The position numbers and the translations under genes are program-made. A model generated the notes under the pieces. The model made no database searches. It worked only from the letters and a program-made list of their open reading frames with translations, and had not been told where the DNA came from. Of a stretch of 64,000 nucleotides of DNA, positions 33,624 to 44,496 are shown one piece after another (positions within the stretch are counted from its first letter, which is position 1; every line of letters begins with the position of its first letter). Origin of the DNA: an uncultured Phycisphaerales bacterium (GTDB lineage Bacteria > Planctomycetota > Phycisphaerae > Tepidisphaerales > Tepidisphaeraceae); assembly GCA_963755915.1 (NCBI GenBank), contig CAVWLP010000002.1, positions 3,616,001 through 3,680,000 of the forward strand, read 5' to 3'.

Positions 33624-34960
33624 ATCAAGAACGCACAGGCATTTTCGAAGAGGTTCGCGAGTTTCCAGACCCCGCCGCGGCGCGACGTTTCGGGGCACTT
33701 GTCGGACTCAACCGCGTGAAGGACCGACTCCTCAAAGAGGCGAGGCTGTTGCTCGACCCGGAGAGTCTCACAGCGTGGAGCCAAAAGCACCACCACAAGA
33801 AAATCAGGATAACCGATTTCTTCTACGACAGACCGCCACTCTTTATCTTCGCCGGCGACGTTGGAACAGGGAAGACTGCATTGGCCGAGACATTCGGCGA
33901 TGCCGTCGCGCGTGAAGCCGACATTGGCGTCACCCTCTACGCCCTTAGCCTTAACGCTCGCGGGACCGGCGCGGTAGGTGAGATGACCAGTTTGATCTCC
34001 GCGGCGTTTACCGAAGTTCGCAATGCGGCAAGAAAAGCATCCGGTCGTGGAGGCAAGCATCGGTCTGGTATCGTGCTTCTTATCGATGAGGCCGATGGCG
34101 TGGCGCAGTCCCGCGAATCGGCGCAAATGCATCACGAGGATCGTGCTGGCGTGAACGCGCTCATCCGTGGCGTTGACGATCTTGCTAACGGCACCTTGCC
34201 CGCCATAGTTGTCTTGTGCACAAACCGCATCGAAGCCATCGACCCGGCGGTCCGCCGGCGAGCAGCCGCGACATTCATTTTCACCCGCCCCAATGACGAA
34301 CAGCGTCACGCCGTGCTCGACCCCGTCCTGGAAGAAGTTGGGTTTAGCAAGACGCAGATTCAGTCGATTGTGCACGCCACCGGCGCCACTATTCGAAGTC
34401 GCCATCAATACCCGTACTCCACTCATCTTCCGATGCTTGCCGACGTCCAACGGCTGGACGCGGCGCCAGTGTCGGACGAACGACGACTTCGCGAGTTCAA
34501 CCTTCGCGATGTCGAGGAATTCCGCAGCGCCTTGGATCTCGTAGGGGTCCTTTGCGCATCGGCGACGCACGTCGCCGCCTTTGCAATGGGCGGCTTGGCG
34601 TGCCTCGAATATATTACGAAAAAGGCAGGTGCCGATCACGCCACCGACCTAACTCCTTTTCGAAACAAGTTCCATGTTTTCGGGGGTCTGAATTGGAAGA
34701 CAGGGGGTACGGAAAACAAAGATCGCTTTGACACTTGGATCCGCAGCTTGTCACCCGGATCAACTGTCATCCTCTTCGATACCGGCCGGGTGGGAAACGC
34801 CGCAGGCCAGCTGTTAAATCGGATGTTCGCGCTGCGCAAGTCACCGAAGGGGCTACCCGATCAACTCACTGTGCACATTATCGTGCTTGGCGAGCGCAGC
34901 CGTCCTAATTGGCCCACCGTCTTTGCGTGCGAGGCCCGTTTGTTACACCTATATGCCTGA
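33620..34960 (+). CDS. cap6: TRIP13/Pch2-like AAA+ ATPase of type III CBASS, C-terminus replaced by about 185 unrelated residues
   Basis: RPPLFIFAGDVGTGKT (Walker A), LLIDEAD (Walker B), QSRESAQMHHEDRAGVNA, TNR, DPAVRRRAA; ATGA overlap with the HORMA gene. Confidence 0.88.
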   Translation: MNQERTGIFEEVREFPDPAAARRFGALVGLNRVKDRLLKEARLLLDPESLTAWSQKHHHKKIRITDFFYDRPPLFIFAGDVGTGKTALAETFGDAVAREADIGVTLYALSLNARGTGAVGEMTSLISAAFTEVRNAARKASGRGGKHRSGIVLLIDEADGVAQSRESAQMHHEDRAGVNALIRGVDDLANGTLPAIVVLCTNRIEAIDPAVRRRAAATFIFTRPNDEQRHAVLDPVLEEVGFSKTQIQSIVHATGATIRSRHQYPYSTHLPMLADVQRLDAAPVSDERRLREFNLRDVEEFRSALDLVGVLCASATHVAAFAMGGLACLEYITKKAGADHATDLTPFRNKFHVFGGLNWKTGGTENKDRFDTWIRSLSPGSTVILFDTGRVGNAAGQLLNRMFALRKSPKGLPDQLTVHIIVLGERSRPNWPTVFACEARLLHLYA

Positions 34961-35051
34961 TCAAACTTCCGTAAATCCGCCTTCTCACTGAACTAAGTGG
35001 TGTCCCACCTTTCCCGACTCATATTCGGGAAAATCGATAACAATTTTTTTC

Positions 35052-35114
35052 TTGCAAATCCACATACCGACGATAGTCTATAAACCGGTTTATTGATGAA
35101 ATAAATCGTTTTAT
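35052..35114 (+). promoter_or_regulatory. Promoter (TTGCAA-N16-TAGTCT) with two canonical LacI-type operators
   Basis: Perfect palindrome ATAAACCGGTTTAT 35080-35093 and imperfect copy ATAAATCGTTTTAT 35101-35114. Confidence 0.75.
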
Positions 35115-36134
35115 GAAAACGGCTGAAATTACCATCCGGCCCACCCTCGCAGATGTCGCAAGACGCCTGGGCGTCTCAAAATCAGCTGTCAGTCAGACCG
35201 TTAATTGGAAGCCGGGACGAACCACCACCATTAAAGAGGAGACCCGCCAGCGGATCCTTCGGACTGTTGAGGAAATGGGCTACCAGGCCAGTTGGCGCGG
35301 GCAAGTGCTCGCCATGCAGCGAAGTGAGGCCGTCGCGGTGGTCTATTCCGCGCCCCTCGGAGCCGTCCCGCGGGGCGTATATCTCGAGGTGGTTGATCAC
35401 ATCGAAATGCAGCTTGGCAAGTCCGGGCTTTGCCCGACCTTCGTTCACATCAAAGATCATTCCGAGCGATTCGATCGGCTCATGGGCGGCGCCCGTTTCG
35501 ACGGCTGCCTGAGCCTCGGTCTGCTTGCCCCTGAAGTGCTCGATGTGCTTCGCAAACATCAGGTCCCGACGGTTCTCATCAATTCCGAAGCCGACCAGAC
35601 TTGGACGCACGTCGATGTCGGGGACGAAAAGGGGACCGAGCTGGTGATGCAGCACTTTCTTTCGCTGGGTCACAAGCGTATCGCGTACAACGCCGGTCCC
35701 AATCCGCCGCTGCACCGCAGGCGCAAATCCGTTCGCAGACGTATCGCCGATGCATGCAGCGCGCCGGCCTGACGGCACGCGATCCATTCGTCGGCCCGGT
35801 CGACAAATTCGTGCAGCAGTTGATCAGCGATCCGAATCCGCCAACCGCCGTTTTGGTCTTCGACCATTGGGTGGCGGTTAAGCTCCTTCAGGAATTCTGG
35901 CGGAAGGGAATTCGCGTTCCCCACGACGTCAGCGTCGCGACATTCAACGATACATATCCCGTCAACGAAACGATTCCCCCATTGACGACCGTCGCACTTC
36001 CGGCGGAGCAGATGGCGCAGCATGCCGTTCGGCTATTGCTTGAGCGCATCGAGCTTCCGCAAACAGAGCCCGAGACGGTCGTCCTGGAGGAGAGCCTTAT
36101 CGTGCGCGAAAGCACGGCGAAACCCAAAGTGTAA
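35113..36134 (+). CDS. LacI-family transcriptional regulator; indel near 35715
   Basis: PTLADVARRLGVSKSAVS and LGHKRIA in ORF 35113-35772; PHDVSVATF, PPLTTV and LIVREST in ORF 35601-36134. Confidence 0.92.
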
Positions 36135-36177
36135 GCGTTTCTCACCTCGGCAGAGGGTGTGAAACAGAGGAGGAAAA

Positions 36178-38079
36178 GTGCGTCTGAAAACAAAAATAGC
36201 GATCGCGAACGCAGCGACCCTGGCGATGGCCGCCGTCAGCAGGGGGCAGGTCATCGCCTCCTATAACTTTGGATCCGGCGGCACGTTCACCGCCGACGCG
36301 ACAACTTTGGCGGCGAACGTGACGGCCGGCGGGCTGGAGGACAGCGGCAATTTCGGAACGAACGATACGTTTTCCCCCGACACCGGCGTAGGCGGAGAAA
36401 GCGGGTGGTATTCCAACAATCCCAGCGGGAATTATCTCTCGGTCGCAAACGCGGGAAGCTCAACCGACAACGGCTATTGGGTGCAGGTGGACGTGACGGC
36501 GGCGGCGGGATACGTCATCAACCCGACAAGCTTTGAACTTTTCGGCGGGGCGGGGGGCAGCAGCGCGGTCCGAAGCGCGTACATCTTCGACAACGTTGAC
36601 GGCTACCCGACGAACATGGCGACGAGTGTTTCGAACAATTCTCCGCCGACGATCACCGGCGGCGATCTGCTGACGAGCGGAACTTTTACGGCCGTGCGCG
36701 GGACGGGCGGCACGCCGGCCATGAATGAAATCCAGGTCGCGAGCTTTCCGTCCGACGATCAGAATCTCACCTCCTTCACGGTTCGCGTCTATTTCGACAC
36801 GGAAGGGCTGGTGGGCAAGAACATTGATCTGGGGCAACTGGAGCTGGATGGTTCGGTCGTTTCTTCGGGGCCGGTGACACAGTCGACGTGGGTCACCAAT
36901 GGCTCGGGCGATTATAACAACCCGGCAAACTGGAGCAGCGGCGTTCCCAGCGGCGCCGGCGCGGAAGCCGATTTCCTCGGTGCGATCACGGCCAGTAACG
37001 TCGTCTACACAGACAGTTCCGTGACGCTGGGGAAGATCGTTTTCAATAATTCAAACTCGTATGAGCTTGACGGCGCGGTCGGGACGAATCTAACGCTTCA
37101 AAGTTCGTCGTCGGCCCTGGTGGATGTGCAGTCCGGCACACATGAGATCAATCTGCCGCTGGTTTTGGCCAGCAATACGACGTTCGAAACGGATTCCTCG
37201 ACGGCAAGTTTGGTCATCGCCAACCCGATGACCATTAATTCAGGCGTAACGCTGACGACCACCGGCAGCGGTACCGTGACGTATCAATCGATTGTCAACG
37301 TCGGGTCAAATGCTTCCATCGCATTCGCCAGCTCGACCTACGCGAACACGCTGAATCTGGCGGCCAATTCAACCGCCACGGTCAGCGCCCCGCTGGTGGA
37401 ATTAGACAATCTTTCCGACCTGGGAACGCTGAACGTCAAGAACAATGAGGTGCTGATCAACTACGCCGGCGGTTCCGACCCTATTGCCGCGGTCGCAGGC
37501 TATCTCAACAGTGGATTCAACAACGGCCACTGGAACGGCCCGGGCATTATTTCCACCAACGCGCAAACCCTCACCAACGGCCTGCGCTATGGCCTGGGTT
37601 GGGCCGACAGTGCGGATCATATTGTAGCCGGACTCAGCTCCGGTGAGATCGAGATCAAATACACGCTGCTCGGCGACGCCAACCTGGACGGAACCGTGAA
37701 CGGATCCGACTTCTCGATCCTTGCCGCGAACTTCGGACTGGGTCACACGAACTGGGACCAGGGGAATTTCCTTTACACTTCGTCCGTCAACGGATCTGAT
37801 TTTTCCGCCCTCGCCTCCAACTTCGGCCAGGGCGCATCCGGGGCGGGCGTGACGCCGGCGGACATCGCGGCCCTGGACGCATTCGCCGCGGCCAACGGCC
37901 TAACTGTCCCGACAGTCACGGCGGTTCCCGAACCCGTTTCGGGCGGGCTGCTTGCTCTGGGCGCCCTGGGCCTGCTGGGACGGCGGCGCCTGGGCGCGGC
38001 GCTTGCTCTGAATTCAAATCACACGGTTCACTTCCCACACAATGTTCAATTCACATCGGAGGAAAGAGTATGCGAGTGA
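36178..38079 (+). CDS. PEP-CTERM protein with dockerin-like module
   Basis: AGGAGG RBS plus GTG start, signal peptide, GDANLDGTVNGSDF, VPEPVSGGLLALGALGLLGRRR. The true 3' end may be somewhat earlier. Confidence 0.88.
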   Translation: MRLKTKIAIANAATLAMAAVSRGQVIASYNFGSGGTFTADATTLAANVTAGGLEDSGNFGTNDTFSPDTGVGGESGWYSNNPSGNYLSVANAGSSTDNGYWVQVDVTAAAGYVINPTSFELFGGAGGSSAVRSAYIFDNVDGYPTNMATSVSNNSPPTITGGDLLTSGTFTAVRGTGGTPAMNEIQVASFPSDDQNLTSFTVRVYFDTEGLVGKNIDLGQLELDGSVVSSGPVTQSTWVTNGSGDYNNPANWSSGVPSGAGAEADFLGAITASNVVYTDSSVTLGKIVFNNSNSYELDGAVGTNLTLQSSSSALVDVQSGTHEINLPLVLASNTTFETDSSTASLVIANPMTINSGVTLTTTGSGTVTYQSIVNVGSNASIAFASSTYANTLNLAANSTATVSAPLVELDNLSDLGTLNVKNNEVLINYAGGSDPIAAVAGYLNSGFNNGHWNGPGIISTNAQTLTNGLRYGLGWADSADHIVAGLSSGEIEIKYTLLGDANLDGTVNGSDFSILAANFGLGHTNWDQGNFLYTSSVNGSDFSALASNFGQGASGAGVTPADIAALDAFAAANGLTVPTVTAVPEPVSGGLLALGALGLLGRRRLGAALALNSNHTVHFPHNVQFTSEERVCE

Positions 38080-38855
38080 AATTGGCTTTAGCGCTGGTAT
38101 CGATCGTCGGCCTTGGAATGCCGCTGTGCACGAGAGGATCGGTTATCGCGGCGTACAACTTTGGCCCGAGCTCCACGAGCTTCACGTACGCCGCGACGAC
38201 GCTGGCGGCAAACGTGACGGCCAGCGGGCTTAATAGCGCCATAGGCGCCAACACGACCGAATCGACAAACGACGGCGTAAGTTTTTACGCGAGTCAACCG
38301 GGACCGAATGTTATGTCGGTCTCGCAATCGGGGAGCTCGACCGACAATGGATATTGGGTGCAGATGATCATCACCGCCGCGGCGGGCTACGTGATCGATC
38401 CATCAAGTTTTGAGCTGTTCGGCGGGGCGGGCGGAGGCACGACCGGCCAGCGCAGCGCGTACATTTTTGACGACAAGGACACGCCGGGATTTACGGGCGC
38501 ACCGAGCAATCTGAACCTGGCGACCAACGCCGGCGCCGGCCCGACGATCACGTCAAACGGCAATCCCTATTCACCGCTGGCCAGCGGAAGCTTCACGGCG
38601 ATCCGCAATACGAATGCAACGATGAATGAGATTCAGGTGGCCAGCTTTCCGTCGGACGACGTGAATCTGAGCGAGTTCACGGTTCGCGTCTATTTCGACA
38701 CGCAGGCGGGCGTAAGCAAAAACATCGACCTGGGGAAGCTCGAGCTGGATGGTTCGGTCGTGGCGGTGCCGGAGCCACAGTCGGTTGGGCTGGCGTTTCT
38801 GGCAGGGGCGATGGCGTGTGGAATTCGGCGCTGGCGGTCAACGCCGGTTGTCTGA
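38070..38855 (+). CDS. PEP-CTERM protein, single-domain paralog of the N-terminal domain of 36178-38079
   Basis: GGAGG RBS, signal peptide, shared SSTDNGYWVQ / FELFGGAGG / MNEIQVASFPSDD, C-terminal VPEPQSVGLAFLAGAMACGIRR. Confidence 0.9.
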   Translation: MRVKLALALVSIVGLGMPLCTRGSVIAAYNFGPSSTSFTYAATTLAANVTASGLNSAIGANTTESTNDGVSFYASQPGPNVMSVSQSGSSTDNGYWVQMIITAAAGYVIDPSSFELFGGAGGGTTGQRSAYIFDDKDTPGFTGAPSNLNLATNAGAGPTITSNGNPYSPLASGSFTAIRNTNATMNEIQVASFPSDDVNLSEFTVRVYFDTQAGVSKNIDLGKLELDGSVVAVPEPQSVGLAFLAGAMACGIRRWRSTPVV

Positions 38856-38879
38856 GTCAAAGTTTTCACCCGGGACCTT

Positions 38880-39843
38880 ATGTCTTATCAAATTCCAATG
38901 AACGGCGATTCGCGCACGCAGTTTCCGGGGGCGCGTTTGACGCGTAGCGGATTCACGCTCGTCGAGCTTCTGGTTGTGATCGGAATCATCGCGGTTCTGG
39001 TCGGCATCCTGCTGCCGGCGCTGAGCCGCGCGGGAGCAGGCGAACACGACGCAGTGCCTGTCGAACCTGCGCCAGATCGGCACAGCCATCCAGAATTACG
39101 CCTCGGATTACCAGGCGTATCTCGTCCCCGGGCGATATGACTCACCGTCATACCCTGCCAGCAGTGTCGCCGAGCTGGAAAACTGGTGCACCATTCTGGT
39201 GAATGGAAAATATCTTCCCACACCCCCGCAGGCGCCTTCGCTGAACGGGGCATGGCAGGACACGTCGTATGGCGATTCGGTCTTCCGCTGCCCGGATGGT
39301 ATGAACAACCGCGGCGATATTTCCGGGATGAGTAACCCGCAGACGCCGATTGATCCGCTCGGCTCGCTTTTCACACGCCTGCAATCGGCGTCCACCGGCA
39401 CGCGCGTGGACACATGGTATGCCATCAACGGGTGGACCGCAACGTCAAACGCATCGGAAGTAAATGCATTCGCACGTTGGCCGTTTACGGACATGCCGGC
39501 GCCCATTTCCGGCTTGCAACAAAAGCTGCACAAGCTGACGGATTTCCGCAACAACGCGGAATTGGTGCTGGTGTTTGACGGCTACTACTGGGCCCAGCAG
39601 GACGCCGAAAACGTCAACTGCCGGCATAACAAATGGTCGCAGTGCAACCTGCTTATGGCCGACGGTCACGCGGCAACGATTGGCCTGGTCGATCTGACCG
39701 GCGGAATCACCGCGAACAAGATCACAACGGCGATGTACAATCCGGCCGGTAGCGCGCCAAGTGCGTATACCAGCGGTGTTGGCTCCTACCTCAAGACTTA
39801 TCAAAATGGCTTCCGTTTCATCCTCACGCCCAATGGTCCCTAG
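38880..39843 (+). CDS. DUF1559-type prepilin protein with H-X9-DG motif; indel near 39030
   Basis: [28 protein letters not shown], then CLSNLRQIG in the next frame, [23 protein letters not shown]. Confidence 0.9.
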
Positions 39844-41648
39844 CCGTAAAATCGCAGCGATGGTGGGGGGGGTGATGCTGTTGGCTGTTTGGGCCGCAGC
39901 ATTGCCCGCCGCCGCGATCTCATTGCCGCCGAATCAGCTTGTGTTGGGTCCGGGACTGGAGCTGTTTCATCTGGTCGGGCAAGACGCCGCCCAAACTCAG
40001 GCACAAATTGTCTTGGTGCAAGGGCAGCCATTTGATCGTGCCTGGAGGATAGAGGTTCGCGCACAGCCGCAGGCTGAATATCAAATCCAGCTTGTCGGGG
40101 CGATTCCAGAAAAGCTGAATCGCGGCGAAATCATCTGGCTGACGGCCTGGGCTCGATCGCCGCAAAATTCTCAGCCCGATCAACAGGGCCGAATCGGCCT
40201 CGTGCTGGAAGAACGTGTCGATCCATTCGACAAGATTCTGACCCGTCAATTCAGCGTCGGCGCCGACTGGCAGCGCCTGAGCGTCGCCGCCAGGCTCGCG
40301 CGCGATTTTCCCTCCGGCAGCCTGCACGTCTGTCTGCGCGTCGGATTCTTTCCGCAGACGATCGAGATCGGTGGCATCGAACTACGGCGTTTTGATCCCT
40401 CGATCGCCCTGTCGACTCTGCCTCAAACCCCGATGACCTATCCCGGCCGCGAGGTCGATGCCGCGTGGCGACGTCAGGCTCAAGAGCGGATCGATTCGAT
40501 TCGCAAATCGATGCTGAGCGTCCGAGTGACCGACGCCGCAGGCCAGCCCGTCAGCGGAGCGGCGGTCCACATCCGCATGCTCCGCCAGGCATTTGCCTTC
40601 GGAAGTGCTTACAGCGACGCGCGCTTCCCCGAAACCAGAGCCGAGACTTCCGACGACCTGGCATATCAGCAGCACTTCGCCGAACTTTTCAACACCGGCG
40701 TCGACGAGCAGGGCATGAAATGGCCGGATTGGGAAAACCCGGCGACGCGCGACGCGACGATGCGCGCTGCAATGGATGTGCGACCACGGCATCGACGTCC
40801 GAGGCCACAACCTGGTCTGGCCCGGCTGGCGACACCTTCCCGCCGATCTGCACGCGCAGGCCGGCGATCCCGGGGCGCTTCAGCTTCGCGTTGCCGCTCA
40901 TATTCGCGATATCGCCGGAAAACTTTCCGGCCAAGTGACCGAATGGGACGTTGTCAACGAGCCGTACCTGAACAACGACCTCCTGCATATTCTTGGCGTT
41001 AGCGCGATGGCCGACTGGTTTAAGTTCGCGCACCGGACCGACCCACTCGCCCAGCTCTACCTGAACGAAACCGACGTCCCCAATTCCCCGCCGCGCGATC
41101 GCCGTTACGATTTTCTCTACAACGAAATCCAGACACTCCAGCGCGAAGGCGCGCCCATCGGCGGAATCGGAATGCAGGCCCATTTCAGCGATGATTTGAT
41201 CGCACCGATGGACCTGCTGGCGATCTACGACCGTTTTGCGTCGCTGCAAATTCCAATCCGCATTACCGAACTCGACGTCGACAGCCAGGACGAACAATTG
41301 CAGGCCGACTATTTTCGCGATTTCCTGACGGCTTCCTTCAGCGATCCGGAAATCAACGGCATCATCCTCTGGGGATTCTGGCAAAAGCAGCATTGGCGGC
41401 CGGACGCGGCGCTATTCCGCAGCGACTGGAGCATCAAACCCAACGGCCAGGTCTGGAAGGACCTCGTCATGACCAAGTGGCGGACCAACACCGACGGCAC
41501 AAGCGGCGCTGACGGAGATTATGGCGTGCGGGCGTTTCTCGGCGAGTACTTGATTACGGTAACCGCCGAGGGGCGCACCTATTCGCAAAAAGTCCGGCTA
41601 CCCAGGGAAGGCTGCACGACTGACTTCAAGCTCGACAAAGCGGGTTGA
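39833..41648 (+). CDS. GH10 endo-1,4-beta-xylanase-like protein with N-terminal CBM-like domain; indel near 40770
   Basis: FAFGSA, MKW, RGHNLVW, WDVVNEP, GIGMQAHF, IRITELD, LWGFW. Confidence 0.92.
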
Positions 41649-41678
41649 TGGCGAGCTTCGCAGCGAGGGAGAGAATTT

Positions 41679-44374
41679 ATGTGGCGAAAATCTTCGAGCG
41701 AAAGTCGAGCCAAGCGGCGCACGGCGTCTTCTCTCGCCGAAATTCTCGAACCGCGCCTCCTTCTCTCCACGGTCACGGTGAACACCACAACGACCATACG
41801 AACTGTTCCGGCCGACATGATCGGGGTAAACACCGCCCCCTGGGATCCCGCCCTCAGTTCTTCGCAAACACTCAGCCTCTCCGAGGCAGCGGGATTAAAT
41901 GCCGTCCGCATCGGCGGAGGCTCAACCGCCGACAGGATCCATTTCAACTCAACCTCATATTACCTCGATCCAACTACCACCACTTCCAGCGCGACTCTGT
42001 CCAGTACTTCCATGTTCGGCCAGGGCGCGCTTTACGCGGCATCGCTGAACGCCACGGCAATCGTTACCGTCAATTACGGCGAAGGCAGCCCGCAGGAAGC
42101 CGCCGCACTTCTCTCCTATCTCGACGGCTCAACCACCAATACGACGAGCCTCGGCTCCGGCGAGCAATGGAACGTCAGCACCCAATCGTGGCAGATGGTG
42201 AATTGGCAAACCGTCGGTTACTGGGCAAGCCTGCGCGCCGCGGCGCCGTTGGCTCATGACGACGGTTTAAATTTTCTGCGCATCAACCACCCCGCTTCCT
42301 TCAACATTCAATATTGGGAGGTCGGCAACGAAGTTTACGGAAGCTGGGAAGCCGACGAGCACGGCGGAACCGGCGATTCGCTCCCTATGCCCGCCGGCGA
42401 AACGCCCAAGGCGCACGACCCGGCCACGCTCATCTCATTCGCCAAACAATTCGCAACACTGGCATCGCAGATCGCTCCCGGCATCCTGATCGGCTACGAC
42501 AGCCAGGCCGTCGACGGCAGCTATAACAACTGGATTGCCGCCACCCTTCAGCAGTGTGCTTCACAGGGATTTACCCCGGGCTTCATCGCTGACCATTACT
42601 ACACATCCGTCTCCCCCGGCAGCGAAAACGACGCGACTTTGCTGGGCATTTCCAACACGCCCACCAGCGGAAATACCTACGACTGGTCGCAGCGCGCCGA
42701 CGACTACGACAACCTGATAAACGAATATCTCGGCTCCGCCGGCAAAAACGTCCAGTTAATCGCCGACGAAGTAAACTCCATCCCCGACGACCCCGGCAAA
42801 CAAACCACCAGTCTCGTGAACGGCCTTTTCATCGCCGACGCCATCGGCAGCGCCCTGGAATCGACGGGTTCAAACGGCCTGCCAGGCTTTCAAGGCTTCT
42901 GGATCTGGGATCTGCACGACAGCGGATACAGCGGCAACGCCGGCTCCAGCCTCTATGGCTGGCGCAGCCAGGGCGATTACGGAATCATCGGCAGCGGAAC
43001 CGGCTACGCCCTCGGCGAACTCTCCCCCGATTACTTCGCCCTGCAACTGGCCTCAAAAATATTCAGCTCCGGCGGAACGCTGGTCTCCTCCAGCGAAGAC
43101 AACGAAACCGCCGTCGACACCTTCGCCGTCCTCGAACCCAATGGCCAGCTCGACCTGCTCGTGGTCAATAAGACCGATCCCCGCCTCAACGGCGACACCG
43201 CAACTCCGCCCAGCAATCTTCCCGATCCATCGCTGACCGAAACCTTCGATATCAACGGCTTCCTCGCCAATCCCCAGGCAACCATCTGGCAATACGGCGT
43301 CGCACAGGACGACGCGCAGGCAACGTCGCCAAATTTCACTTCTTCGCTGGCCAATTCGACGGTGACGCTCGCCCAGACCAACGGCAATTTCAGCCTGGTT
43401 CTGCCGGATTATTCCATGACCGTCATCCAGTTGACGCCTGTGGTCTTCGCCGCCCAGTCGGGCCCAACGCTCAACGTCAATTTGAACAATTTCTCGCCCA
43501 TAGCACTGGGGAGTTCCGGCAACAGCGTTACCGTCACCGAGGAGGGTCATCAACTCTCGTACACCGGGATCACGGCGATTGTTATCAACGGCTCAAGCAC
43601 GAACAACGTGCTCAATTTCAACGGCCCCCTCACCACTCCACTCACGTTCATCGGAAATGCGACGACGACGTTGAACGTCGTCAGCGGCGCCGTGAATTTC
43701 GCCAACACCACCTCGATCACGCTCGGAACATTGTCCATCGCGTCCGCCGCCAGCGCCGTCATGCCGACACAGACAGTTGCCGAGGCCCAGCTCGTGCTCA
43801 GCGCCTCTCGATTGCCCCCGGCGGCACGCTCGATCTGACGAACAACCAAATGTTGATCAATTACCCCAGCAGCGCCGACCCGATCGCCATCATCGTCGCC
43901 GATCTGGCGTCGGGGTACAACGCCGGGTCGTGGAACGGAACCGGCATCATTTCCTCAACCGCAGCCAATTCCAACTACGCCCTGGGTTATGCCGACTCTG
44001 CCGACGCCAACAATCCCGCGAATCTCCCCGCCAACCAGATCAAAGTCATGTTTACGCTTCTCGGCGACGCCAACCTCGACGGCGTGGTGAACGGCACCGA
44101 TTTCAGCATCCTCGCCGCCAATTTCGGTCTCGGCGTCACCAACTGGGACCAGGGCAACTTCCTCTACGGAAGTTCCGTCAACGGCTCCGATTTCAGCGCC
44201 CTTGCCGCCAACTTCGGCCAGGGCGACAGCATCGCGGCAACTTCCGCGGCCGCATCAACGTCCGCGACCACGACATTCTCAACCTCTTCCGATTCCACGC
44301 TCCTTGACGACCAAAGAGCCAACCCGCGCCCTGCTCATCGCGGGCACCAATCGATCGGACGGTTGGATAAGTGA
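41679..44374 (+). CDS. Extracellular clan GH-A hydrolase with LEPRLLL leader and dockerin-like module (paralog of 20971-23978); indel near 43805
   Basis: ILEPRLLLS, GVNTAPWD, RIGGGS, YWEVGNEVYGSWE, ADEVNS; GDANLDG in ORF 43850-44374. Confidence 0.78.
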
Positions 44375-44496
44375 AACGCTTTTTATCCACGTCGCTTTTG
44401 GCATCCCTGGTCTGCGCGGCCGCAGCGATTTTGATTTCCGATCCGTCCCGCGCGCATCTTCGCTTACACTTCGCACAAATTAATCGCGAGGAAACG

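Larger units (their letters stand above)
30108..34960. mobile_element. Degenerate tRNA-targeting integrative element carrying CBASS (right boundary approximate)
   Basis: att core, tyrosine integrase, excisionase and defence cargo inserted between two glycan loci. Confidence 0.75.
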
